Of a DNA stretch of 64,000 bases, positions 47,858 through 62,887 are shown piece by piece. The notes under the pieces were generated by a model. The model was given only the letters and a program-made list of their open reading frames with translations. It did no database searches and was not told where the DNA came from. The DNA is from Octopus vulgaris. Taxonomy: Eukaryota. The stretch's first letter is position 1. Every line of letters begins with the position of its first letter. A program made the position numbers and the translations under genes. The stretch covers positions 10,044,001 through 10,108,000 of the forward strand of contig OX597824.1 in assembly GCA_951406725.2 (NCBI GenBank). The letters run 5' to 3'.

Positions 47858-50276
47858 GTGAGTATTTAAAGATTAAATGGTTATCTAATCTAATGCAAGC
47901 TTTCACAGCTCTAGCATCACGCCTTAGTCAGCCTATGAGCTTTTTGGCTGATACAAAGTAGAATGAATATGTATATTTTAAGTTAAAAGAGTCCGCATAT
48001 AGGGACTGGTGTGGCTGTGTGGTTAAAAAAGTTTGCTTTGCAACCATATGATTCTGGGTTCAATCTAATCGCATGGCACTTTGGGAAAGTATTCTCTACT
48101 ATAACTCCAGGCCTGCCAGTGCTTTGTGACTGGATTGGGTGAATGGAAACTGAAAGCAACACATTGTATATCATCATCATCTTGCAGTATTTTAAATCCT
48201 GGTTTTGTACCCATAACAGAAGTAGCCGGATCTGCCTCAATGCCATAGCAACTGAGGTAGGCAGGTGCAGCCCACCCCAACCTTTGAGCTAGCTGGCTGG
48301 TGCCCATTTCTCTCTTGCTATCGTGAAGCTTTCTTAAGGCTGGATTTTCTACAGGGAGTATTCCCTTGCTTACCCCCAACTTCAGTTTCTAGACATGAAT
48401 GGTCCCAAGACCAAGGCCTCTACCACAATTTTTAAGAAATGTGGTGGAAAACTAGCTCAGGAAGGCAGGGACACTACTCCCTGAGACCCCCTTTCGGAAA
48501 CCTGTCCCCCCCCCCCCATATATATATATGATTGAATTTCTCATTGAAGGTAAATGTATGAATGTTCAGCTTTTTGCTGAATGACCTGCACAAATGATTT
48601 GTTTTTAAAGTGATCAAATGTATGTGCTGTACACTATCTCCTTCCCTCCATCAAATCGACACACCTGAACAGGTGCATGGTGTGGCAAATGTCAGGTGTT
48701 GAAGTGATTGCAGAACAATGAGAGATGAAGTGTTCTGCTCAAGAATACAACACACCACCCAGTCCAAGAACTGAAACCACTATCTTTTTGATTGTGAGTG
48801 CAATACCCAAACCACTAGGCCATGTACCTTCACATATATACGTGTGTATGCGTGTGTGTCTCCTTTTCTTGATATTACATAGTAGTTGTAAATGAGTTTC
48901 ACTGCCAACAACCATGACCTATTTCTTTACTGCCCACAAGGGGCTACACACAGAGGGGACAAATAAGGACAGACAAATGGATTAAGGCGATTATATCGAC
49001 CCCCAGTATGTAACTGGTACTTATTTAATCGACCCCGAAAGGATGAAAGGCAAAGTCGACCTCAGCGGAATTTGAACTCAGAACGCCACTGCAGGCGAAA
49101 TACCGCTAAGCATTTTGCCCGGCGTGCTAACGTTTCTGCCAGCTCACCATGACCTTCCCAAGTCTTCTTCTTTGTTTTACATCTGCCTTAGTTACAGTGT
49201 GACAGTATCCATTCTGTTCTCTATCCAGGTAAATATCTACTCAGTATTCACTCTTTTGTGTGTTTAAAGTTATTAAAATCCTATCTGCTACCCTTCATTA
49301 AACACTTACCCAACACCCCTCCACTTTCTCACTTCAATTCCGTGCTGTTTGTTTCTTCAACTTTTCTTAAATATTATTCACATTATGTGACAGTCACATA
49401 ATAAGCTGGCAGAATTGTTAGAGCACCAGACAATGCTTACTCTTTTACATGTTTCAGTCATTTGACTGCGGCCATGCAAATCAACCCTGGGACTTATTCT
49501 TTGTAAGCCCAGTACTTATTCTATCGGTCTGTTTTGCCGAACCGCTAAGTGACAGGGACGTAAACACACCAGCATCGGTTGTCAAGCAATGCTAGGGGGG
49601 GGCCAAACACAGACACACACATATATATATATATACATATATACGACGGGCTTCTTTCAGTTTCCGTCTACCAAATCCACTCACAAGGCATTGGTCGGCC
49701 CGGGGCCATAGCAGAAGACACTTGCCCAAGATGCCACGCAGTGGGACTGAACCCGGAACCATGTGGTTGGTTAGCAAGCTACTTACCACACAGCCACTCC
49801 TGCTTAACAGTATTTCACCCTTTATTTTACATTCTGAGTTAAAATTCTGCCAAAATTAACTTTGCCTTTTATCCTTTTGGGGTTGATAAAACAAGTACCA
49901 GTTGTGTATTGGGGGTCAATGTAATTGATTAGCCCTCTCTCATGAAATTTCAGGCCTTATGCTTATAGCAGAAAAGAGTTACATTATCCCTTTAGTGTTC
50001 CGATTATTCAATCAAACATAATGCCTATTGATTCCCATTGATTTGAATTAATCGTGCATTATCTCATATCTTGAAGATCTTGATGGTGTAATTACTTAAT
50101 GTAGAATAACATTGTAGGGTAGGTGTGAGAGCCTGGATCTGGTCAGTTTGAACATAAAACCGATTAAATATTTTGGCCGGTTTAAATACTAAAGGGTTAA
50201 GTTATGCAACAATTGTATTAGAATCTCGTTGTTTTCTGTATTTTTATGTATTTATTTTTGTATTCTTTTGTCTTAG

Positions 50277-50546
50277 TCCACGGCCAATAAATTTATTCCT
50301 CGAATAACAATTCCGCAGAAAATGGTTTTGAACTTAAATAAACAGAACATAAGAAATGAGAGGACAAAAAGGGTTAAAAAACCCTTGAAGTTTAAATCTC
50401 CTCTGGTGATATCATGTCACCGAGAAAAGTTCAATCACCACAAGGGTCAAACATACAATGATTTCAATCCTAAAACATTAGCATCTTATGGCTGGAAGCA
50501 TCGCAAATCAGTGGGAGACCATTTTACTTTGATGGACTGGAATTCA
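50277..50546 (+). CDS. DDX28: DDX28 exon (STANKFIPRITIP...LASYGWKHRKSVGDHFTLMDWNS)
   Basis: TCTTAG / GTAAGT, 270 nt. Confidence 0.9.
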
Positions 50547-51998
50547 GTAAGTATATAAATTGTACTATAATTTACTTGAAACATTGCAATATATGTAACT
50601 GAGATAAATGTTTGAAAAACCCTGCTTTAAAGTTATTTGAAGTAAAACCTTCCATTGAAATCTCCTCTTAATTATAATAATAATAATAATGAAATTATTG
50701 TATACAGTGCTCAGGTGCACCACAACTTGTCAAAAGTGCGTATAAAGCACATGCAGTAATGTACAAATGTCTGGAAAGTGAACAGTGTGTGAGTCAGATA
50801 CATGCTTGTGTGTGTATGGAGGGGAGAAAATCAGGTGTAGTGTTGGCGAATCTCAGGAAGCATGGAAGTTTTGAAGGATGCAGTGCTCTGACAACTAACA
50901 ATTGATGCCGGCACTTTGTTCCATGCTTCAGCAATTCTTATTAATTGAAGCAAAAAGAGCATATTTCAACAGAAAAACGAGGGTTAATGTTACCTTTCTT
51001 TATTGTTAGTGGGATGCAATTTCTTAGAAAATGAGAAAATAGGAAGAGGAGGAGGTGTTGAAGTATAAGGAATGTATGACTACTTTTTAGCCATTATTGT
51101 TCCCAGATCTCCTCTGGCTTGGAGTAAGGTAATAGCCTCTGTTAGGATCCTGGCTGGGGATTAATTAGCATGTTATGGAAGAAACTCCAAGTGCAAAACC
51201 TTCACTTTGTTCAAAATTTGGATCTTGTGCTTGAAAAATTTCATCTCACCATGCAAAAGTGAGCTGAAAAATAAAAACTCATAAACTTGCTAAAACAGAC
51301 ATAGTTAGGAGGACAATGGTCAAAGTAAGATAATCAACATATATGGTTACAAGATTGATCAGGAAAGAAAGCTTTCTAAACAGTATTGCTTTTCTGCAAA
51401 GAAATTAGTAAGGAGGATTATTCTGTCCAAAGACTCAGTAGCTAATTTTGTTTTAACCCAACATCATCATCATCATCGTTTAACATCCGTTTTCCATGCT
51501 AGCATGGGTTAAACGGTTTGACCGGGGTCTGAGAAGCCAGGAGGCTGCACCAGGCTCCAGTCTGATCTGGCAGTGTTTCTATAGCTGGATGCCCTTCCTA
51601 ACGCCAACCACTCCGTGAGTGAAGTGAGTGCTTTTTACGTGCCACTGGCACAGGGGCCAGAGGAGGCTGGCAACAGCCATGATCGGTTGGTGCTTTTTAT
51701 GTGCCACCGGCACGGAAGCCAGCCAAGGTGGCACTGGCATCGGCCATGTTCGGATGGTTCTTTTTACGTGCCACTGGCACGGGTATCACAACTACAATTT
51801 CTATTTGATCTTTATTTTGATGTTGATGTACTTGACTCAGTAGGTCGCCCCACGATCCAATGTAAGCACAGCAGGCCATCCTGCGATCCAAAATACTTTG
51901 AATGGGCTGGGGCTCCTGATTAATAATTTCAAAAAAAAAATTTTTAATTGCCACAAGTTTGAAATATGTATTTATTTAGTTATTTATTTATTTTTCAG

Positions 51999-52106
51999 AA
52001 TCCAGCAGTTGTTACAAAACCAAAATCATTTGAAGATCTGAATTTAATGAGTCGTCTAAGGGATTACCTTTCTGAAGCAGGATTAAGCACTCCAACAGAT
52101 GTGCAG
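51999..52106 (+). CDS. DDX28: DDX28 exon, Q motif (NPAVV...SFEDLNL...PTDVQ)
   Basis: TTTCAG / GTATCC, 108 nt. Confidence 0.92.
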
Positions 52107-53088
52107 GTATCCCAATATTTCTTTGTTCATTCATTCATTTTACATCTGTTTTTCCATGTTGGCATGGGTTGGATAAAGACTTATTTAAAGCAGTATTTTA
52201 TGGCTGGATGCCCTTCCTGTCACCTAACCTCACCTATTTTTGAAGTAATGGATTTTTGTTATTCCACTGGTCTTTCAAAGCACAAAGCTACAAGATGTAT
52301 TATTGTAAATAATGTAAATATGACATCACTGTTTTGCTCAGATGTTGTTATGCAAAGATGTGGAGTATCAGCATTCATGCATATACACACAGAGTAGGCT
52401 TCCTTACAGTTTTCAAAATATTGGCCAATCTCAAGTTACAATAGAAAACACTTGCCCTAGTGGATAGAACCTAAAACCACATGGTTATCTTATGAATCCC
52501 ATATACACACAGCCGTAGCTATGTTTTTATTATAATATATTTTATCTTTTATTTGTTTCAGTCATTGGACTGTGGCCATGCTGGGGCATCACACTGAAGG
52601 GTTTAGTCAAAGAATTTGACCCCAATACTTTTTTTAAAAGATTGGTACTTGTTTTATCAGTCCCTTAAGATTGGTACTACTTGTTTTATCAGACCCCTTA
52701 AACAAACCAACACCAATTGTCAAGTAATTGGGGGACAAAGACACACACACACACACATCTATATACATATATGACAGGCTTCCACACAAACTGGTTTATG
52801 AGATAACTTTACTGAAATTTATAGTTGAATTTCTAATATGTCACTCTTAATAAGAGTGTGGTGAAAACACTAGGTGGGAACCAGTTTATTATGTAACACA
52901 ATGTAAAAGTAAGAATGATACTCATTGGCGCAGGAGTGGCTGTGTGGTAAGTAGCTTGCTTACCAACCACATGGTTCTGGGTTCAGTCCCACTGCATGGC
53001 ACCTTGAGCAAGTGTCTTCTACTATAGCCTCGGGCCAACCAAAGCTTTGTGAGTGGATTTAGTAGACAGAAACTGAAAGAAGCCCGTC

Positions 53089-53131
<43 letters not shown>

Positions 53132-53384
53132 CCCCACAACATTGCTTGACAACCAATGCTGGTGTGTTTGCGTCCCTGTAACTTAACAGTTTGGCAAAAG
53201 ATTCCGATAGAATAAGTACCGGGCTTACAAAGAATAAGTCCCGGGGTTGAGTTGCTCGATTAAAGGCAGTGCTCCAGCATGGCCGCAGTCAAATGACTGA
53301 AACAAGTAAAAGTGTAAAAAGAGAGTATATATTGTAAACTGTTCAATTGAAAAGGAATATAATTGAATTTGTTATATTTTACAG

Positions 53385-53442
53385 ATTAAAGCAATTCCAG
53401 AAATTTTACAAGGCAACAATGTCATCTGTGCAGCTGAAACTG
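53385..53442 (+). CDS. DDX28: DDX28 exon (IKAIPEILQGNNVICAAET)
   Basis: TTACAG / GTAAGA, 58 nt. Confidence 0.93.
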
Positions 53443-53660
53443 GTAAGAATTACATCTTAGGTTCATTGAATCTATATTAAATCTCTATTTCATCAAACGA
53501 ACTAAATGCAATTCTAAAAAAAGTTATCAACACAGTCAATCAACTTCAACCTACTTGATTGCAGTAATCAAAATGGAGCTTTATCGATGCCACAACACTC
53601 TTCTTGGACACACATGTACATGCTGATCAAATTCCTCTCTCTTACCTTACACCTCTGCAA

Positions 53661-53998
53661 TCTGTATATATATATATACAAAGCTGAAGTTGTCTGTGTA
53701 TGGCAGGTTTGGTAGCCTTCAACTAACACTGTCTCCTCCGAGACACTGCGGCGCAAGTTGACTAAAATTGGGAGTATGATAGAAGAAGGCTTGTTCTTCC
53801 TTCCGTAGAAGAAAAAATTCAAATCGGACCATGTTAACACCAAAAATTATTTACATCAAAAAGGTGCTTTTTTCTATGAAAATCCTTGATTTGAAGCTCC
53901 CTGACCCCTTCATTATCATCATCATCATCATTTAACGTCAAAAATTCCAATTCTAAAGGGTCGAAACAAACCCGAGCAATGCTGGGCGATACTGCTAG
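53661..53998 (+). mobile_element. Non-autonomous Helitron (same family as 6830-7196)
   Basis: A|TC...CCCGAGCAATGCTGGG...CTAG|T. Confidence 0.72.
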
Positions 53999-54212
53999 TC
54001 TTCCAATAAAGCACATGCTCCTCTGTAACTGCTGTACTGTAATCTCCAACCATTGAACCTATTCTTTCCCACTCCACCTCTTCTCACCTTCAAAAAAAAA
54101 GGTGGGGACATATGTCTGTATGATCACTTGATTTGAAGCTCCCTGGTCCCTTCCTCAACCATATATACAGCCTGTTGCCTTTAGATGCTTTCACTGCAAA
54201 TAATACAACGAT

Positions 54213-54254
<42 letters not shown>

Positions 54255-54978
54255 GCTTGAGGAGACCTATTGAGTCAAGTACATCAACATCAAAAAATCA
54301 AATGGAAATTGTAGTTGTGATGCCTGTGCCAGTGGCATGTAAAATGCACCGTCCGAACATGGCCGATGCCAGTTGCACCTTCACTGGCTTCCATGCCGGT
54401 GTCACGTAAAAAGCATCAACCGATCGTGGCCGTTGTCAGCCTCGCCTGGCACCTGTGCTGGTGGCACGTAAAAAGCACCCACTACACTCACGGAGTGGTT
54501 GGCGTTAGGAAGGGCATCCAACTGTAGAAACACTACCAGATCAGACTGGAGCCTAGTGCAGCCTCCTGGCTTCCCAGACTCCGGTCAAACCGGCCAACCC
54601 ATGCTAGCATGGAAAATGGGCGTTAAACGATGATGATGATGATCATCATCATCATCAACAACTCCTGGGCATTAATCTCTACAGTGCTTCAATAAAGTTC
54701 TTCTGCAAGTGGATGCTGAAAAGTGCCTGACTTTAAGGGTATTGCAAAAGGCCTGGTTGGAGGTGCAACCTTCTGAGTTCCTTTATACAGAGCTTAGAAA
54801 AACTGAAGATTGCTGCAATAAATGTGTGAATCTGAGAGGGGAATATGTTGAATAAAATCATAATTAAGTGATCTTTCTGTATTTTGTTTTACCCAAAACC
54901 AGGAAATTTTCAGCACCCCTTGTTTACATTACTAAAACATCTCACTGATGATATTTTTGTGATATTTCTATTCTACAG

Positions 54979-55121
54979 GAAGTGGGAAAACCCTGGCATA
55001 CCTGTTACCAATTTTCCAGTTAATTAAGCAGTATAATGATATAGTGACTAACTCCAAACATAAGAATTCTCCAAAGTCTATAATCATCGTTCCATCTCGA
55101 GAGCTTGCCATCCAGATTATG
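54979..55121 (+). CDS. DDX28: DDX28 exon, motifs I/Ia (GSGKTLAYLLP...VPSRELAIQIM)
   Basis: CTACAG / GTAAGT, 143 nt. Confidence 0.95.
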
Positions 55122-57730
55122 GTAAGTGCAGCAATGTCCGGAATTTCATTTGTCTAAATGTTTATTAGCCTCATCTTTAACCCTTTAGTGTTCACATTAT
55201 TCTGCTAAAACTAATGCTTTTTTATCCACATTCATTTTGAACTAATCATGCATTATCTTGTAGTTATGAGATTTTGATGAGGTAGCTGTTAATTTTTAAA
55301 ACGATATTGTAGGGTTGGTGTGAGAGATCAGATATGGCCAGTTTGAACATAAAACAGGCAGAATACTTTTGGCTGGATATGGCCGGTTTAAGTGCTAATG
55401 GATTAAATATGAGACTTTTCAATATCTGTCAAGTTTAAGGCAGAGAGATGGCAGAATTGTTAGCATGCTGGGCAAAATGCTTAACAGCATTTCATCCGTC
55501 TTTATGTTCTGAGTTCAAATTCTGCCAAGGTCGACTTTGTTTTTTTATCCTTTCAGTGTTGATAAAATAAATACCAGTTGAACACTGGGGTTAATGTAAT
55601 TGACTTACCCCCTCCCCTGAAATTGCTGGCCTTGGGCTAAGATTTGAAACCAATATCTATCAAATGTGGCTGTGTAGTAAGAAGTCTGCTGCCTAACCAC
55701 ATGGTTCCAGGTTCAGTCCCACTGCATGGTGCCTTGTGCAGATGTCTTCTACTGTAGCCAAAGCCTTGCAAGTGGATTTGTTACATGGAACTGAAAGAAG
55801 CTTGTCATGCGTGCACATGCACATGTGTGTTTGTGTCTCCTTGCCCTGATTTTACATGATGACTGTAAACATGTGTCACCGTCAAACAAACAATGTCTTT
55901 CATTTTCAATCTCTGTGCAGGTGGCACGTAAAAAACACCATCTGAGCGTGGCTGTTGCCAGTACCGCCTGACTGGCACGTAAAAGCATCCATTACACTTT
56001 CGGAGTGGTTGACGTTAGGAAGGTCATCCAGCTGTAGAAACTCTGCCAGGTCAGATTGGAGCCTGGTGCAGCCATCTGGTTCGCTAGTCCTCAGTAAAAT
56101 CGTCCAACCCATGCTAGCATGGGAAGCAGACATTAAACAATGATGATGATAATAATCACTAAAAATATATCTGGTCATGGAGAATTAAAACCTTCCTTGA
56201 AAATAGGTGAAGATTGGTGAAAAGAAAGGCTGCCAAACATAGAAAATCCTCTTCAAAACGTTTTCTCTAACCCATGCAAACAAGAAAAAATAGGCGTTAA
56301 ACCAGTGATGATGACAATGATTGTGCACATGTATCAGTCATCTAATAGATAAAAACATTGTTAAGCTCAAATTAGAAATAATGATACCTTGTTCAAACAA
56401 GTAAGCTGTTACATCCAGTTATAAGACACAGCTATATTATTAGAGATTGACACAAAATCTTGATGCAGATATTGTGAAAAATCTTTCTTCTTTAAAGATG
56501 AGATTAGATACTCCTTAACACCTTCAAATTATAATCTTTCTTCATCTGTCTGCTTCTTTTAATTGTCTTCCTCGAATTCATTCATAAGACTTTTTGTTAG
56601 TCTGGAGCTGTGGTAAAAGATACTTGCCCAAGGTGCCACCTACAGAGTGGGACTAAGCCTGAAGCTACATGATTGAGAAATGAACTTCTTGACCATACAA
56701 CCATGCCCCTGGGTGTGCATGTGTGTACATATATACATCTATATGTATAGATAACTATTGTTTTTAATGTCTACCTTTTCCATGCTTGGACAGTGTCCTT
56801 GGACAGATGTCCTTCTTGTTACCAATATCATCATCATCGTTTAATGTCCATTAAAATATATATAAATGGCAGTGAGCTGGCAGAATTGTTAGCACACCAG
56901 GCAAAATGCTTAGCTGTATTTTGTCCATCTTAACATTCTGAGTTCAAACCCCACCAAAGTTGACTTTGCCTTTCATCCTTTCTGGGTTATTATTAATATC
57001 AGGAAATGAATATTAGGGACAGCACTTCTGTGAAACGATCGTAAGATGCTTTAAAAACTTAATTCAAAGCTTTTAAACTGTCATATACATAATATATATA
57101 TACTTATACATATTTACATATATTTTTATATATATCACCATCGTTTAACGTCCGCTTTCCATGCTAGCATATGTTGGACAATTTGACTGAGGTCTGGCGA
57201 ACCAGATGGCTGCACCAGGCTCCAATCTTATCTGGCAGAGTTTCTACAGCTGAATGCCCTTCCTAACACCAACCACTCCGAGAGTGTAGTATATTTACAT
57301 ATATTTTTATATATATTTATATTTTTAATACAATAATTATTTTTGTTCCAGCACACGATCTCAGATCAGGTCACTTGCTATGCAAGTACATCTCCGTAAT
57401 TTCTAATATTTCTTTCCTGGTATTAATAATAATATATTATTATATAAAATATATATAATCGCTCGTATTAAATACATAAATACTTTAATAGTATTAATAC
57501 TTTGATACAATAGAGCACTCAATATAAATTCAGTATATAATATTCTCATTTAATATATTTAACTAAAGATTGATAAAATAAGTAACAGTTGAGCACTGGA
57601 GCCAATGTAATCAACTTACATTAGGAGTTTATTCCTAATGACAATTTTCTACAATAGCCTTTTGTAACTTCATTGTTTTCACACAAACTTTTGATTGTCA
57701 TTCTATTCACTTTTTTATTTTTATTTCTAG

Positions 57731-57802
57731 TCTGTTATAAAGGACCTGACGAAAATTATGCCTTTAGAGACTCAGTTAATTCTTGGAAAAGTTGGATCAA
57801 TG
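57731..57802 (+). CDS. DDX28: DDX28 exon (SVIKDLTKIMPLETQLILGKVGSM)
   Basis: TTCTAG / GTAAGA, 72 nt, phase 0-0. Confidence 0.85.
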
Positions 57803-59582
57803 GTAAGATCTTTTGTCCTTAAAAAGAACTAATTCATCTCATTATTTCCTTAACTCAATCATACCCCACCTCTCACTTTATCTTCTATTTGTCTTGATCA
57901 GGATTTTAACTACAGTCTATTTCTGTAAGTCATAAATTCCACCAGTAAAGATGCATCATCTAGTGGTTAAGGTTTTGAACTCATAATTGTAAGATTGTGG
58001 TTTCAATTCCAGGACTGGGCAGTTCATTGTGTTCTTAAGCAAAACACTTCATTTCATATTGCTCCAGTTGACTTTGCTGTAAAATATGTAACCTTGTGAC
58101 AGACTGGTGTCCCGTTGAGAGGTAGTGTTGTGATTTCAGTCATTTAGGTGCCATGGAAACTGGATAACCAGCCCTGTGAGTCCTAGGACTTGAAACAATA
58201 ATGTCCAGAAAATGATAATAATAAATAATTGCACGTAAAAAGCGCCATCCAATCATGGCCATTGCCAGCCTCGCCTGGTCCCCATGCCAGTGGCACGTAA
58301 AAAGCATCATCTGACCATGGCCGTTTGCCAGTCCCGTCTGGCACCTGTACCAGTGGCACGTAAAAAGCACCCACTACACTCACAGAGTGGTTGGCGTTAG
58401 GAAGGGCATCCAGCCGTAGAAACATTGCCAGATCTGACTGGGGCCTGGTGCAACCTTCTGGCTTCCCAGACCCCAGTTGAACCGTCCAACCCATGCTAGC
58501 ATGGAAAGTGGACACTAAATGATGATGATGATGATGATGATGCACCACTGTCTTCATCGTAAACAATACCTGTATCATAAAATCCTTTCAGTGTTCCGTC
58601 ATATTTCTTTAGTAATTAATAAACTTCATCCTCATCATCATTATCAATTTATGTCTGCTTTCCCTGCTGGCATAGGTTGTACAATTCAGTTTTTATTTGA
58701 AATCACCAAATCACTAATCATTTGGGTCCTCTACCATCTCCTTAGTGAGGCTCATTCTTCGCTATTTCATCCCGCTTCATCCTAGGCCTCCAACTTCCAC
58801 AGGTTCCATCCACATTTGGTGATTGGCACTTTGTCATGCAGCTGTCCTCATCCATTCACATCACATGACCATACCAGGCAGTCTCCTCTCTCCCACTCTA
58901 CATATGATGCCCCTTATGCCCAGTTTTTCTATCAATACATCTGAACTTTGTTGTACCTGCACACTGATATTGCACACCTAATAGAGCCTACTGGCTTCAT
59001 TTCTTTCTGGGCTTCATATTTGCTCTGCATTTGAAGCCCAAGTTTCACAACCATGTAGCATTGCTGTTTGTACGCAAGCATCATACACTCTGCTTTTTAC
59101 TCTGAGAGAGAAGCCTTTTTATACTAACAGAACTAGTAGCTCTCGGAACTTTCTCCAGGCAATTCTTATCATAGTGACTATACTTTCAGAGTAATCTCCT
59201 CCACTGCAAAATAGATTACCTAGATGACAGGCACAATCTGCAACTCACCACTAAGGATCCTCCTGGGTTTTTGAGAAAATCTATTTTTTTGTTGTATTCT
59301 TGGTGTTTATTGTTCCTACATGAAGGCACGTGGCTTTGTGGTTAGGGCATTCGGCTCATGATTGTAAGGTCGTGAGTTCAATTCCTGGCGACACGTTGTG
59401 TCCTTGAGCAAGACACTTTATTTCACATCGCTCCAGTCCACTCAGCTGGCAAAAATGAGTAGTACCTGTATTTCAAAGGGTCTTTCGGGGTCGATAAAAC
59501 AAGTACCAGTTGAACACTGGGGTCGATGGAATTGACTCATCCCCTCCCCCCAAATGGTTGCCCTTGTGACAAGATTTAAAGC

Positions 59583-59585
<3 letters not shown>

Positions 59586-59632
<47 letters not shown>

Positions 59633-59870
59633 TATGTTTGACTTTTGCTTTACATTTGTACAAGTTGGCTCCAAGTCTCACCCAGAGACCTCAAGAGACA
59701 ACAAGTTGGAAGTTCATATAGGTGTTATGCCTAGGGTGCCATATATTTGGTTTTGTACTTAGTGTTGTACTAGTGAATGTCTAAAACTAACATATACTTG
59801 TTAGTCCTGGTGTTTTTGTTATGTATTTGTCTGAATATTATTATTATTATTGTTATTGTTGTTGTTGTTG

Positions 59871-59920
<50 letters not shown>
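59586..59920 (-). mobile_element. Probable Dong/R4-type LINE 3' end inserted in (AAT)n
   Basis: Unique 200-bp segment bracketed by long (AAT)n on both sides; Dong elements target (TAA)n. Family assignment is inference. Confidence 0.45.
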
Positions 59921-59921
<1 letters not shown>

Positions 59922-59943
59922 GTTTCTCTGTATCTAATGTTAG

Positions 59944-60019
59944 GAACAGTTGGTCTTGAATAAAAAGATGGACATTCTAGTAACAACACCTGGAGCTTTG
60001 CAAGCAATGTTGGCAAAAA
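59944..60019 (+). CDS. DDX28: DDX28 exon, motif Ib (EQLVLNKKMDILVTTPGALQAMLAK)
   Basis: GTTAG / GTAAGT, 76 nt. Confidence 0.9.
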
Positions 60020-60928
60020 GTAAGTATTGGGACTGACATTTCTAGCAACTGTCTTTTAATAAATCATGAAGAAATGCGTATCTACACAGCACTAACCAAA
60101 TCCATCTTAATCCCTCTAAGCTACAATCACTACCTTAACCTGAACATCAGAATCTTCATCATACCCACACTAGAACCCACCTTGTTAAACGACATTTCCA
60201 CCCGACACTTTGAAAGTGTCACATTACGTTCTCACACTTCTATATACTGCATCTAATTCTTTGTACCCATGATTGTCGCACAATACACACCACCTTACAA
60301 ACCTCACTGCTACACACTGTTCCCTCTCGAGCCATGCCTGGCTCATAAGGGCCAGTTTCCTTGGCGTATAAGTTCCCCACATGGACGGGATGCCGGTCCA
60401 TCGCAGGTGAGCTGCTAGATGCAGGCGGAAAGAGTGAGAGAAAGTTGTGGTGAAAGAGTCAGCAGAAGTTCGCCATTACCTTCTGCCGGAGCTGCGTGGA
60501 GCTCAGGTGTTTCGCTCATAAACACACACATTGTCCGGTCTGAGATTCGAACCCGCGATCCCTCGACCGCCCGTCTGCTGTTCTAACCACTAGGCCATGT
60601 GCCCCCACACTGCCATGCACTACTTCCTACTCTGCATGCTTACACTGTCTCATGCACTATATCTCACACAACATACCCACACCGTCACACTACATCCACT
60701 ACAACATATCCACATTAGAACTCACACTGTTAAACGACACCCCTCACAACAAGCACATACTATAATTTTCCGCCCCAACTACTCTAAACATTCTGCACAT
60801 ATTATGTACCATCACAATAATCATCATCATCAACACCATCACCACCACCACCATCATCATCATCATTACCATCATCACCAACATTCACCAGTCACAATGA
60901 AGCTCTTTTCTAATTTTGCCACTTTCAG

Positions 60929-61035
60929 ACAAAATAAAGTTCCATAACCTCCTGCAGCTGGTATTAGATGAAGCAGATACATTATTGGACGACAGCTTCC
61001 ATTCAAATATTGTCAGCATCCTTAATCACATGAAA
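60929..61035 (+). CDS. DDX28: DDX28 exon, DEAD motif (LVLDEADTLLDDSFHSNIVSILNHMK)
   Basis: TTTCAG / GTATGT, 107 nt. Confidence 0.95.
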
Positions 61036-61767
61036 GTATGTATTAAGTTTCTTATGTTTTTAGTTTCTGTAGAAATTGGTGCGCCAATGTACTGTCAGCG
61101 GAATCATTTAGGATTTCACTTTGCAATCATATGACTCCAAGTTTGATCCTGTTGTGTGGAACTCTGGGTAATTTGGGAAATAGAAACTCACATACATACA
61201 CACATATATATATATTGAGAGAGAGTCTTCAGTGTATTTCCCCACTGGACTAGATGCCTGTCCATCACAGGAATACAGGAATACTCATTTTTGGCAGCTG
61301 AGTGGACTGGGGCGATGTGAAATGAAGTGTTTTGCTGAAGAACACAATGTATCACCTAGTCCAGGAACTGAAACCACGCTGCTTGACTGGCACCTGTGCA
61401 GGTGGCATGTAAAAATCACCATTTGAGCGTGGCCGTTGCCAGTACTGCCTGATTGGCCCTCGTGCCGGTGGCATGTAAAAGCACCCACTACACTTATGAA
61501 GTGGTTGGCGTTAGGAAGGCATCCAGCTGTAGAAACTCTGCCAGATCAAGATTGGAGCCTGGTGCAGCCATCTAGTTCGCTATTCTTCAGTCAAATCATC
61601 CAACCCATGCTAGCATGGAAAGTGGATTATATATAAATATATAGATATATATAAAGTATGATATATAGATGGGTGTCTTAATTTAATACTGCTGTTCACT
61701 GTTTTCTGTTTCAGTTTGTTGCTATCCTTCTGATTGTCTTGTCTCGATTTGTTCCTTTATGTTACAG

Positions 61768-61929
61768 GCACACATCAAAACCATTTCACCTGCAGATCTC
61801 AGTGCTGCGGCTGCTGCTGCTTCTTCTTCTTCTGAACACCCACCTATTTCAGTGAGTGGCACACAAATAATTCTTGCAAGTGCAACATTACCAACAAGTT
61901 TGGATGCAAAGATTGGTAACATTATCCCA
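61768..61929 (+). CDS. DDX28: DDX28 exon, motif III (AHIK...SAAAAAASSSS...TQIILASATLP...)
   Basis: TTACAG / GTAAGT, 162 nt. Confidence 0.92.
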
Positions 61930-62887
61930 GTAAGTTTTCCTTTCTTATATTACTTTTGGTTCTGGTTGGTTTCATGTTGCCGTTACTCTGATACTACCTT
62001 CTTATTCCTTCTCTAAACCCCTATATAGTCCAGTCTCCCACCCCATTTCCAGGCTCCACACTTTCCATTACTTCCAATTCTTCCTTCCTAGAATATCGGC
62101 CCTTTGGAACTCTTTCTCTACACTCATCAGTTTGCAACTTATTCAAGACGAATAAGAACCTCACTGAACCTCAAGAACCTCACTGGATCATAGCCCCTGC
62201 ACAGGCCATGAGATCACCCTTTTCTTCCACATCTAAAAAGCTACCTTCCTTCTCTCTCTTCCATGTCCTCTATCTTTCTCCTTTCTCTGTTTCTCTTCTT
62301 CTTTTCCCCAATCTTCGTCTTCCTTCTCTCTTCCCTTCTCTCTTTTCCATTCTACCATTCTCCCTTAAATCCATTGCATGCATATGTGTGTATGTGCACA
62401 CATGTTCTATCAATGTCATCTAATCATCATCATCATCATTATCGTTTAACATCCGCTTTCCATGCTAGCATGGGTTGGACGATTTGACTGAGGGCTGGCA
62501 AACCAGACAGCTGCACCAGGCTCCAGTCTGATCTGGCAGAGTTTCTCCAGCTGGATGCCCTTACGAACGCCAACCACTCCGAGAGTGTAGTGGGTGCTTT
62601 TATGGGCCACCACTAAGTTGGCGCATCTAATCTTCTAAACTAAGTACCATAGACTTGTATATCTCACCTGTGTAATGAATAAGTACAAAAGCGGTACATT
62701 TTGTCTCTGTATGTGGCTACCACACAGTGGTACTTTCTTCTGCAAACAGTAGGCACACTGTAAAATTACCAAATGTTTTGTTAGTTGTTTTACCCCATTT
62801 TATTCTGTTTAAGGATAAAGTTTTCAATGCTGTCTCAGTCATATGCTTCCCCAACTTTCCCTTACAACCTTACTTGTTATCTTACAG

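Noticed and set aside
52827-52878. Hairpin CACTCTT-AAT-AAGAGTG followed by GAAA
   Set aside because: No credible CUGANGA core or closing stem I, so not called a hammerhead.
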